IMG/VR virus record: IMGVR_UViG_3300035665_000001
Coordinates: 124,001-188,000 of that record
Length of the DNA stretch: 64,000 nt
Strand: one strand, 5' to 3'
Of the stretch, positions 41,251 through 50,242 are shown piece after piece. Every line of letters starts with the position of its first letter. The first letter of the stretch is position 1. Both the position numbers and the translations under genes were made by a program. The notes under the pieces were generated by a model. The model was not told where the DNA came from and did not search any database. It saw nothing but the letters and a program-made list of their open reading frames with translations.

Positions 41251-41880
41251 TTATAATTTAAAATTTGATGTAATGTTTAATAAACTACTAAACAAATTAA
41301 GTATATTCAAATATAAATCCATTGCTGCCTCTATTGGAGTAACATCGGTGTATAGAACTCGCTGTGTATCATAAATCATGTAAAATGAAAACATAATAGC
41401 CACACAATATGAAATATATAATGATAGTAATGAACTTCCTATAAATATGTTGATTACCATTAATAGTAACATACCAATTAACACCCAAAATAAATAAGTG
41501 CCCATAGTTAAGAAATTTTTACGAGTGGTTGATGCGTAAAGTGTCAAACCACCAGTGATAAACGTTGTTAATGTTAATGATTGTATAATCACATCACTTG
41601 ATCCAATACTGATAAAATGATTTAATGTAGGTACTAAAGTTATACCTGTAAATAAAGTAAAAAGATAATATGCCACTGGAACTTTTTTAAATATAAACCA
41701 AAAAAGAATCAAAAATTCCAACAATATTAAAATGAAAAATGTAACAGCTGTCAATACATGTGTGTATGGTAATATTGCCCATGATCCAAGCATTGCCAAT
41801 AAGACCCCATTAAACACATACGAGTATGTTTTTCCTAATTTTTGTAAATTGTCACTTGTAGTATTACTAACTAATTGCAT
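41251..41880 (-). CDS. BAX inhibitor-1/YccA family membrane protein
   Basis: About 7 hydrophobic segments; FT..TG.TL.P, YDTQ, AA..LYL.ILNLF. Confidence 0.88.
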   Translation of the reverse strand: MQLVSNTTSDNLQKLGKTYSYVFNGVLLAMLGSWAILPYTHVLTAVTFFILILLEFLILFWFIFKKVPVAYYLFTLFTGITLVPTLNHFISIGSSDVIIQSLTLTTFITGGLTLYASTTRKNFLTMGTYLFWVLIGMLLLMVINIFIGSSLLSLYISYCVAIMFSFYMIYDTQRVLYTDVTPIEAAMDLYLNILNLFSSLLNITSNFKL

Positions 41881-41912
41881 GTTTGTACCCTCTATATATT
41901 AAAATTAATTTT

Positions 41913-42206
41913 TCACCTATTTATCAATTCGTACAGTTCGTCACGTAAAGTTTCGATTTCAAATTCCATTGCATTAATTTTTGCTTTCAATTCATTAATC
42001 TTTTCTTCTGAAATACGTTCCTCTAAAAATAAATCAATCATATCATTTATTAATACTAGTTCTGAAAAATCAGTTTTAAAAATCAACTCCGATTTAACAT
42101 TATTCCTTGTTCGATACACCGAAATTCCAGAATCTTCTTTTTCAATACACAAGGTAAAAATTGTTTTACTGTTTTCTGATAAGAAACTATTGTCATCTCT
42201 TAACAA
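41913..42206 (-). CDS. Hypothetical coiled-coil protein
   Basis: ORF in an operon; start uncertain. Confidence 0.5.
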   Translation of the reverse strand: MLRDDNSFLSENSKTIFTLCIEKEDSGISVYRTRNNVKSELIFKTDFSELVLINDMIDLFLEERISEEKINELKAKINAMEFEIETLRDELYELINR

Positions 42207-42219
42207 TGGTTCGAGTGAT

Positions 42220-43080
42220 TTAGGAATCTGTTTTTTCCTTTTCTAACGTATTTTTAATGATGGTAGTGTCAAATACTTGACCTCTATAAATTACTCCCGC
42301 AAAACCATCGTTTATTACCTCTGTATTTAATTCATCAAAAGTTTTACCATTTAACATATAATGGTATAACCACATTTTTTTCTTATATACCTCAGGAATA
42401 TCTTTTAATTGGTGGTATTGACAATGTACACCATTTTCATAATTTGCAAATTCACATTCTTGGAAAATAATATCGGCATATTCCCAGAATGACATTAATC
42501 GCCAAAAATCAAATTGTGTGTCCCCACTGTAAAAAAACTTAATTCCATCTTCCTGCCATTTCAAACCAAATGCAGGTACTTCATCTTCATCATCAACAAT
42601 ATGTGGTAGTCTAACTGGATAAAATTCAGTTCCTAGAAATTGAAATCCATCTCTAGGTCTAATACGTCTAACATCGAAGTAATCATCCAATCCAACTTTA
42701 CTATTTTTATTATGACACCCCATATTTCCTTTTAAAACATTCTCCCATAAAACATCCATTACCTTTGGGTTTGCAAATAACATAGGTTTTTCTGCGTTAG
42801 GATTAAAAAATGTTTTGAATCCAATAAGTTCGAGACCACCATTATGGTCGCCATGGTTGTGCGTAATAAAAATATGTTTAATATCTGTTACATCAATATT
42901 GTTATACTCTAAAGCCTCACCAATATGATAACCTACATCAATTAACAGATTAGAAGTAACTACTTCAGTTACTCCTTCCTCTGATACAATAGTTCCTGTC
43001 TTGGTTATTAAAATGTTGGAATGGAAATTTTCTTTTATTGAAACAAATGCACTTCCACTACCTAAAAATTTAATTATCAT
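42220..43080 (-). CDS. Metallo-beta-lactamase-fold hydrolase (RNase Z/phosphodiesterase-like)
   Basis: FLGSGSAF, LLIDVG, ITHNHGDHNGG, YSGDT, IFQEC, H, LYHY. Confidence 0.88.
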   Translation of the reverse strand: MIIKFLGSGSAFVSIKENFHSNILITKTGTIVSEEGVTEVVTSNLLIDVGYHIGEALEYNNIDVTDIKHIFITHNHGDHNGGLELIGFKTFFNPNAEKPMLFANPKVMDVLWENVLKGNMGCHNKNSKVGLDDYFDVRRIRPRDGFQFLGTEFYPVRLPHIVDDEDEVPAFGLKWQEDGIKFFYSGDTQFDFWRLMSFWEYADIIFQECEFANYENGVHCQYHQLKDIPEVYKKKMWLYHYMLNGKTFDELNTEVINDGFAGVIYRGQVFDTTIIKNTLEKEKTDS

Positions 43081-43092
43081 TCATTTTCACCA

Positions 43093-43386
43093 TTATGACC
43101 CAGTAAAATAACCCATTTCATCTTCATCACCATCATATTCTTCATTACCATAATTTTCTTCATCTGCAAGATCTTCTAAGATTTCTTGTAGATTATATTG
43201 TGTATCAGAAATTTTTTCTGAAATTTTTTGATATTCAAAATCATCAATATCATCAATAATGGTATCTAATTGAGTTACTAAATCGTCTAAAGTATTCAAT
43301 AATTGTTCAATAATATGTTCGTCTTTAATTGTTTCTGCTTCTAATGAGATTTCTGCCAAAGTTGATTTAATGGTTGCAATAGTCAT
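43093..43386 (-). CDS. Highly acidic small protein
   Basis: About 29 Asp/Glu versus 4 Lys in 97 aa; GGAG RBS. Confidence 0.65.
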   Translation of the reverse strand: MTIATIKSTLAEISLEAETIKDEHIIEQLLNTLDDLVTQLDTIIDDIDDFEYQKISEKISDTQYNLQEILEDLADEENYGNEEYDGDEDEMGYFTGS

Positions 43387-43427
43387 AAACTGTCTCCAAG
43401 TTTTTATGTTATTTAAAAATAGTTGTT

Positions 43428-43976
43428 TTAAAGACCGATGAGTGGTGGAACATCATCATCGGAATAGTCTGAGTTTGGGTTCATCATATGTTTAATCTGA
43501 TCTAAAATCTCTTTTTGAGTCCCTTTTATACCTGGTTGATCCATATTTAAATTGTTGATGGTTACTGATTTTATTTCAAGTTTCTGTTTTTCAATTTCCA
43601 TTTTCTCTTTTTGTAGAGTGAAATTCAAAAGAGCCTTCGATGCGTCACTAGCATTTCCCAATGCTTGTTGTGCTACCTCCGAAATTCTCGCAGCAGATTT
43701 ATCATCAATTTTACCCATAATTTCAATTAATTCATCATGATCGTTTAAACTTTTTTGTGCTACTTTCATTAGAATTATTTTTGAAAAATCTGCAAGACCA
43801 AGATCTGTTTCCATTGCTCGAAACATTGAAATATCTTGATCCGTAATCAATGAAGAGGAATAAATGGGTTGGTTTGTCAAAGGATTTATAGAAACTACTG
43901 ATTCTTCAATTTTTTTATCGTCAACTATATTATCGATATTGAGCATCTTTGATAATTTCTTACTTACTATATCCAA
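43428..43976 (-). CDS. Probable terminase small subunit (T4 gp16-like)
   Basis: AARISEVAQQ.L..A.DA...LL, NNL...GTQKEIL pattern; late motif at 44009; AGGAG RBS before TTG 43976; near a terL piece. Confidence 0.55.
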   Translation of the reverse strand: MDIVSKKLSKMLNIDNIVDDKKIEESVVSINPLTNQPIYSSSLITDQDISMFRAMETDLGLADFSKIILMKVAQKSLNDHDELIEIMGKIDDKSAARISEVAQQALGNASDASKALLNFTLQKEKMEIEKQKLEIKSVTINNLNMDQPGIKGTQKEILDQIKHMMNPNSDYSDDDVPPLIGL

Positions 43977-44169
43977 AATGAATCTCCTTTTTATTGTTAT
44001 AAAATACCTATTTATCCAAAATACAAAACCATTATACAAAAAATATTTATTTTTTTGCGTTTATTATTTTAAAAAATAATCATTAACGTCAACATATAGT
44101 AAATTTTGTGGGACGGTGCTTTTTTGTAAAATAGGTAAAAACAACGTGTGGTTACACTGGAAAAAATAT

Positions 44170-45351
44170 ATGAAATCCGATAATTCAATCAGCTATCATT
44201 ATGTTTACAAAATTACAAATATTAATCCTCCTGATGAAAAAAAGTATTACATTGGTGTTAGAACAACCAAAAATAGAACACCTCAAGAGGATAGTAGTTA
44301 CATGGGATCATCAAAACATTTAAAATCCGCGATTAAAAAACAAGGAAAACAACATTTTTTTAAGGAAATATTATCTACTTGGAATTCAAGGGATGAAGCA
44401 AATGTAGAAGAAATAAGATTACATTCATTGTACTCAGTTTCGAGTAATGTCGAATATTACAATATGGCAGAAGCTGTAAGTGTTGGGTTTTGTACATACG
44501 GAAATGTTCCCGTTATCGATACAAATACGGGTAAAACACTTTCAGTGTCGTTAAAAAATTTTAATGAAACTTGTCATTATGTAACAAATTCAAAAGGTTG
44601 GGTATCTGTTATTGATACCCGAACAAATGAAACTACAAGAGTAACAGTGGAAAATTATCATCGATATGGATATTATAAGTGTATCAACACAGGTACCTTA
44701 GTGGTTATTGATACTCGAGACAAAAAGCGAAAAAAAGTGTCGGTAGAAGATTATTACAAACACGAACATTTTGAATGTTTGAGTGTGGGAAAATTAACGG
44801 TTAAAGATACTCGCACAAACAAACTAGTTAAAGTTTCAGTTGATGATTACTATAGATATGATTATTTTCAACATCCCTTCATAGGTCAAGTTACAGTAAT
44901 TGATACACGTGATGGAACAGTGAAAAATGTAAGTAGAGAAGAATTTTTAAATAATAATCATTTTGTTTCACCCTCAAAAGGTAGAGTCAGTGTTATCGAT
45001 TTGCGAGATGGTGTTAAAAAAATGGTTTCACAAGATGAATATCAAAATAATGAGTATTTCGTTTCTCCTGTCAAAGGGTTAGTTACAGTTATTGATACTC
45101 GTGATGGAGTAACTAAAAATGTCACGAGAATGGAATATCAAAGCACCGATAATTATATTTCGGTGGCAAGTAAAAAAGTGAATATTTACAATGCCTCACA
45201 TGAGTTAAAATATACCATTTGGGGAAAATTTAGAGAAACCTGTGTCAAACTAAAAATCCCTGCGAGATTATTTAAAGAATCGTGTAACAATAACTCAAAA
45301 CCCATTGTACACAAAAAATTTAATGGTTGGTATGCGATTGAAGTAAAATAA
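44170..45351 (+). CDS. Free-standing GIY-YIG homing endonuclease with seven 32-aa repeats
   Basis: YVYKITN...YYIG.R, YMGSS..L..AI.K.G...F.KEIL, YYN; repeats every 96 nt from 44500. Confidence 0.85.
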   Translation: MKSDNSISYHYVYKITNINPPDEKKYYIGVRTTKNRTPQEDSSYMGSSKHLKSAIKKQGKQHFFKEILSTWNSRDEANVEEIRLHSLYSVSSNVEYYNMAEAVSVGFCTYGNVPVIDTNTGKTLSVSLKNFNETCHYVTNSKGWVSVIDTRTNETTRVTVENYHRYGYYKCINTGTLVVIDTRDKKRKKVSVEDYYKHEHFECLSVGKLTVKDTRTNKLVKVSVDDYYRYDYFQHPFIGQVTVIDTRDGTVKNVSREEFLNNNHFVSPSKGRVSVIDLRDGVKKMVSQDEYQNNEYFVSPVKGLVTVIDTRDGVTKNVTRMEYQSTDNYISVASKKVNIYNASHELKYTIWGKFRETCVKLKIPARLFKESCNNNSKPIVHKKFNGWYAIEVK

Positions 45352-45357
45352 TCCAGC

Positions 45358-46110
45358 TTATTGGTATTCATCCCCATAGTACAAATCCTGAATATCGATT
45401 TCTCTGATTTCACCTGTTTTTTTGTTTCTAATAGTAATCTGTGTTTTACCATCCAGACAGTAAACAAATTTTAGCGATTTACCCCTAGCTGCGTTCGCAG
45501 TTGTAGCTTCCGCAATGATACGCATACCATTATCAAATTCTACCGAGGTTTCATTGTTCTTAATCATCCCAGGTTTTAACCAGTTTGGAGCAGAATAATA
45601 CATATCTTTTATTCGCTTCAATACTTCAACAGAATGTGCTTGTTTGTGAGCAACAATTAAAATATCCCCTTTTGCTACAGGAAAACATGCTTCATAAAGT
45701 AAATAAAAAGCACCAATGGTTGTATTATGACTGAGAATGCCATTCGTATAATATCGATGATCTTCACTTTCTACCGAAAGGTCATACATAGGTGTTGATT
45801 CGATTGTTTTCTTTACAGAAATTATTTTTTCTAATCCATCTTCTGTTACAATGAAATCATCAACGGTTAAATCTTTTACAAAAATTGAATTGTAATTACT
45901 ATCAAAAACAATATGATTATCTGCACATTCCAATATGTGATTTTCAGTAATCACTTCCCATACACAATAATCAACGGTCTTATTACTACCAATTATTTTT
46001 TGAAATCCCGTGTCTGTATTTACTGACCACCCATCAACTAAAAGTTGTTCAATAAATTTTTGTTTTTCATTCATACTGTATCCATTAAGTTTTTCACAAT
46101 TCAAAATCAT
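45358..46110 (-). CDS. terL: Terminase large subunit piece 2: IntC - ATPase extein (88 aa) - IntN
   Basis: ECADNH, MYDLSV...YYTNGILSHN|TT; extein AHK, NETSVEFDNG.RI.A.AT...A.RGKS; then CLDGKTQITIRNKKTGEI..IDI.DLY*. Confidence 0.9.
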   Translation of the reverse strand: MILNCEKLNGYSMNEKQKFIEQLLVDGWSVNTDTGFQKIIGSNKTVDYCVWEVITENHILECADNHIVFDSNYNSIFVKDLTVDDFIVTEDGLEKIISVKKTIESTPMYDLSVESEDHRYYTNGILSHNTTIGAFYLLYEACFPVAKGDILIVAHKQAHSVEVLKRIKDMYYSAPNWLKPGMIKNNETSVEFDNGMRIIAEATTANAARGKSLKFVYCLDGKTQITIRNKKTGEIREIDIQDLYYGDEYQ

Positions 46111-46233
46111 CGATTATTTCTAATTATACAATTGGTTGTGAAATAATTACAAAAACAGTCAAATTTTTTTGATGATTAGCTATCAAATATCTATACCACA
46201 TCGGTAAAAGTTTGATGACTTATGGTTGGGGTT

Positions 46234-46279
46234 GTCAATTACCCCAACCTAAAGGTCGGGGTTTTTCGGCAGAGCGAGG
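46234..46279 (+). mobile_element. IS200/IS605-type (IscB-like end) miniature scar
   Basis: GTCAATTACCCCAACCTAAAGGTCGGGGTTTTTCGGCAGAGCGAGG then ATAAATA. Confidence 0.65.
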
Positions 46280-46318
46280 ATAAATATCAATATGGTTCAC
46301 TTTAAATGGGTGGTAACA

Positions 46319-47086
46319 ATGATTAAAGATATTATAGTTGGTTCAAGTAGTTATACAGGTGTTCCTGCAACTGGTGCACAAATTACGTTCACAACACCTG
46401 GAACTTATACGTGGATATGTCCATCCAATGTAACTACGGTTTGTGCAGTTGCCATTGGTGGTGGTGGTAGTAGTGGAGCATACTATACTGGTGGTGCTGG
46501 TGGTGGATTATCTTATTTAAACAATATCGCTGTAACGCCAGGTCAATCTTATACCGTAGGTGCAGGTGGTATCGGTTCAGGTGGTATCGGTTGTATTGCA
46601 GGTGGTATCGGTTCAGGTGGTATCGGTTGTATTGCAGGTGGTATCGGTTCAGGTGGTATCGGTTGTATTGCAGGTGGGAATAGTTCAGTATTTGGTATGG
46701 TAGCTGGTGGAGGTGGTGGAAATAGTGCCCCTGGTTATAATAATGCACCACCACAAGGTGGTTATGATAATGCGGGAACTAGCGGGAGATCACCATACAA
46801 CTACTCTACTAACAGTTCAATTTACAACGTAGGTGGTGCTGGTGCTGGTGGTACTGGCATTTTTGGTGGAACAGGTGGTGGAACAGGTGGTGGAACAGGT
46901 GGTTTGCCTGGCGGTATAGATAACTCCAATAATACAACTACTATCAGTGGTTCGGTTGGTATTGGTGGTGGTGGCGGATCAGGGTGTGGATATGACTATA
47001 TAGATTCAAAAGGTGGGAATGGAGCAGTTAGAATAATTTGGGGTTCTGGTAGAGCTTTTCCTAATACAAATACGGAGGATTTATAA
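46319..47086 (+). CDS. Glycine-rich fibre protein (rearranged paralog of 18566)
   Basis: MIKDIIVG leader; PGTYTWICP...; GGNGAVRIIWGSGRAFPNT. Confidence 0.7.
   Translation: MIKDIIVGSSSYTGVPATGAQITFTTPGTYTWICPSNVTTVCAVAIGGGGSSGAYYTGGAGGGLSYLNNIAVTPGQSYTVGAGGIGSGGIGCIAGGIGSGGIGCIAGGIGSGGIGCIAGGNSSVFGMVAGGGGGNSAPGYNNAPPQGGYDNAGTSGRSPYNYSTNSSIYNVGGAGAGGTGIFGGTGGGTGGGTGGLPGGIDNSNNTTTISGSVGIGGGGGSGCGYDYIDSKGGNGAVRIIWGSGRAFPNTNTEDL
46562..46677 (+). repeat. Perfect 36-bp tandem repeat, three copies plus a partial
   Basis: GCAGGTGGTATCGGTTCAGGTGGTATCGGTTGTATT at 46562, 46598, 46634. Confidence 0.95.
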
Positions 47087-47379
47087 TGAAAATGTATATT
47101 GAACTTAAAGATGGAGTTATTCACAATCATCCTATTTTGGAAGATAATTTAATTCATTTAGGCTTTGATATTAATAACTTACCAAATAATTATGTTGAGT
47201 TTGTTAGAGATGATTATTCCATTTCATCCACAAAATTAAAAGCTGGACAATGGTTGGAATATTATGCAGAATATAATGAAGCAAATAAAATAGTGTATGA
47301 ATATTCTATAGTTATGGGTGAGGCTATTCCTGCAGATCCAAATATGTTTCCTCCAGGGTTACTGATTGGTCGTGAATAG
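47086..47379 (+). CDS. Putative fibre chaperone (paralog of 19807)
   Basis: MYIE..DGVIH.HPIL.DNL; RDD.SIS. Confidence 0.6.
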   Translation: MKMYIELKDGVIHNHPILEDNLIHLGFDINNLPNNYVEFVRDDYSISSTKLKAGQWLEYYAEYNEANKIVYEYSIVMGEAIPADPNMFPPGLLIGRE

Positions 47380-47448
47380 TTTAGGGTGGTGAAGTAATTT
47401 TTTTTTTAATCATAAATAATTCAAATCGGGTAAATTAGAGGGTATGTT

Positions 47449-50082
47449 ATGATTAAGGATATTATATTAGGTTCATCAGAAACATTGACATCGACAGGCA
47501 GTGGTTCTGGTGATTCAAATTGGGATAAGGTAAGTTTATTATTAACCGGAAACAGTTTGTTAGATAGTAGTTTGTCAAACAATACTGTTTCTATTGTAGG
47601 CAACACGACTACATCATCTACACAGAAAAAATACAATAACACTAGTATTTATTTTGATGGTAGTGGTGATGAACTGTATGTTTCAAAAACAACTAGTCAG
47701 TTGATTGGACTATCAAATGATTTTACTGTTGAATTATGGTATTATGCTGATGGTAATCAATCTGCGTGGACGGGTATTATAAACAACTATCAAAGTGGTG
47801 GTTGGGGTTCAAATTCTAGTTGGTGGCTTGGATATGATGGTTCAGGTAGTAATGTACAAATTGGTGTAAAAACGGATTCTTCTCAAACATCAACTACACC
47901 AGTAAATGTTTCAGTTAATACATGGCATCATATTGCGTTTGTGCGTTATGGAAACAATTATACCATGTATCTTGATGGTGTTGGTGTAGGAACAGTTACT
48001 AATTCGGGTACGATAGTAGATACCAGCACAAAATTGGAAATTGGTGCCTGGGGTAATAATGTATATAATGTTAAAGCTTATATGAGTGACATTAGAATTA
48101 CAAAAGGTGTTGCTAGATATACTACAACATTTACACCACCTATTTCATCATTACCAACAGCAGCATTTGTTGCGACATTAGCAACACCAGCTTCCGATCC
48201 TAATACATCTAAATATGTTACTCTCCTATTAAATGGTGAGGGAACAAATGGATCTCAAAACAATACGTTTATTGATTCATCCTCTAATAACGCAACCGTC
48301 ACTAAATATGGTGATGTTACTCAAGGTTCATTTGGACCATTTGGTAATTCGTGGAGTGTTTATCTTGATGGTGCTGGGGATGATTTATATATACCTACTT
48401 CTTATGGTATTGGAGTTGGAGATTTTACTGTTGAAGCCTGGGGATATTTAAATGTACTATCTTCATGGAGTGATATTATCTGTTTTATTGGTAGTACATC
48501 ATGGGGATTAACCACGAATAACGGTGATATTGGTGCTTATAACATTGGTATAAACACATCGGGCACTATAATACCTACAAATTCATGGAACCATTTATCA
48601 ATTACGAGACAATCGGGTACAGTTAGATTATTTTTAAATGGTAGTCTTATAGGATCATCCACAAATAACACATCATTGGATAATACAAGTGTTAGAATTG
48701 GTGCCTGGGTATCATCTGGTACTGAAAACTGGAACGGTTATATTTCAAATCTTAGAGTAGTAAAAGGTACTGCACTTTATACCTCTAATTTTACTCCACC
48801 AACATCACCTTTAACAGCAGTTTTGGGAACAGTATTGTTGACTTGTCAATCAAATTGGATAAAAGATAATTCAGTCAATAATGTAACAATAACAGTAAAT
48901 GGTGATACTAAAGTAGTTAAAGATAGTCCTTTTCCTGAAGTTTATGATAAAACTGTTCATGGTGCAAGTGTTTATATACCATCAACGAGTTATTTGTCCA
49001 TACCTACCTTAGCAAATTATGGATTAGATGGGGATTTTACTGTTGAGGCATGGATTTATCCAAATAGTTATTCGACGTACGCCTATATTTTTTCAGTTAC
49101 TAACAATCCTAATGGGTTTGTATTTTATATTAATGGTGGTTATCTTAAAGTTCGAGCATATTATAACACTGATTTATTGTCCGTAACTGCACCACCATTA
49201 AATGTATGGTCTCACGTTGCCGCAACCAGAAGTGGTTCAACACTTAAAATTTTTATAAATGGTGTTCAAATGGGCAGTGTATCCAATTCAACCATTTTTC
49301 CTGCAAATGCTATTAGAGTTGGTGTGGATGGTACTGGTGGTGACTGGAATGGATATATATCAAATTTAAGAGTAGTGAAAGGAAGTGCACTCTATACTAA
49401 CAATTTCACTCCACCATCATCACCACTAAACATCGTTACAAATACATCAGTTTTATTGAAATTCGATAATGCTGGAATTATTGATTCTAGTGGGAAAACT
49501 GATTTAACAACTTATGGAAATGCTCAAATTAGTACAACATCAAAAAAATTTGGTACAGGTGCTATCTACTTTGATGGTAGTGGTGATTATCTAATAACAC
49601 CTCCAATATCAAGTAGTTATTTGATTGACACCACTGTTAACTACACTATAGAATGTTGGGTAAATATTACTGCAAATCCAAATACAGGTTATGGTCCTGT
49701 ATTTGTTTTAAATGGTGGTAGTTCAGGTACAAATGGCATTAGTGTTTGGATTTATAATAGTACCATCAATTTTTGGAATAATGGTTATTCTGCACCATTT
49801 GGTACATCAGGAAGTATTAGTTTTAATACCTGGTACCATATCGCTTATGTAAAAAATGGAACTACACTTACAGGTTATGTGAATGGTATATCTGTTGGAA
49901 CTGCAACTACGGTTACTGCAAACGGTGCTACTAATCAAATATATATTGGTGGAACATCCGCCGGTAAATCGTGGGATGGTAATTATTCATATTTGGGTTA
50001 TATTGATGATTTTAGAATTACTAAAGGAAAAGCTCTTTATACTAGTAATTTTACACCACCCACAACATCATTAACATTATAA
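47449..50082 (+). CDS. Four-domain LamG-like receptor-binding protein 2
   Basis: Same framework as 22452; MIKDIILG leader; late motif at 47412. Confidence 0.85.
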   Translation: MIKDIILGSSETLTSTGSGSGDSNWDKVSLLLTGNSLLDSSLSNNTVSIVGNTTTSSTQKKYNNTSIYFDGSGDELYVSKTTSQLIGLSNDFTVELWYYADGNQSAWTGIINNYQSGGWGSNSSWWLGYDGSGSNVQIGVKTDSSQTSTTPVNVSVNTWHHIAFVRYGNNYTMYLDGVGVGTVTNSGTIVDTSTKLEIGAWGNNVYNVKAYMSDIRITKGVARYTTTFTPPISSLPTAAFVATLATPASDPNTSKYVTLLLNGEGTNGSQNNTFIDSSSNNATVTKYGDVTQGSFGPFGNSWSVYLDGAGDDLYIPTSYGIGVGDFTVEAWGYLNVLSSWSDIICFIGSTSWGLTTNNGDIGAYNIGINTSGTIIPTNSWNHLSITRQSGTVRLFLNGSLIGSSTNNTSLDNTSVRIGAWVSSGTENWNGYISNLRVVKGTALYTSNFTPPTSPLTAVLGTVLLTCQSNWIKDNSVNNVTITVNGDTKVVKDSPFPEVYDKTVHGASVYIPSTSYLSIPTLANYGLDGDFTVEAWIYPNSYSTYAYIFSVTNNPNGFVFYINGGYLKVRAYYNTDLLSVTAPPLNVWSHVAATRSGSTLKIFINGVQMGSVSNSTIFPANAIRVGVDGTGGDWNGYISNLRVVKGSALYTNNFTPPSSPLNIVTNTSVLLKFDNAGIIDSSGKTDLTTYGNAQISTTSKKFGTGAIYFDGSGDYLITPPISSSYLIDTTVNYTIECWVNITANPNTGYGPVFVLNGGSSGTNGISVWIYNSTINFWNNGYSAPFGTSGSISFNTWYHIAYVKNGTTLTGYVNGISVGTATTVTANGATNQIYIGGTSAGKSWDGNYSYLGYIDDFRITKGKALYTSNFTPPTTSLTL

Positions 50083-50242
50083 TACAAATTTAATCATTTT
50101 AATCCTATTACATTTTTTTAAGTGTGATAGGATTTTTTACTCTCGCAATTGACTTAAAAACACATACCCTAATTGTGATGAATGTTTCCTATAGGATGAA
50201 GATAAATAACTGTATCGACTAATTACAAATGAGGAGTAATAC

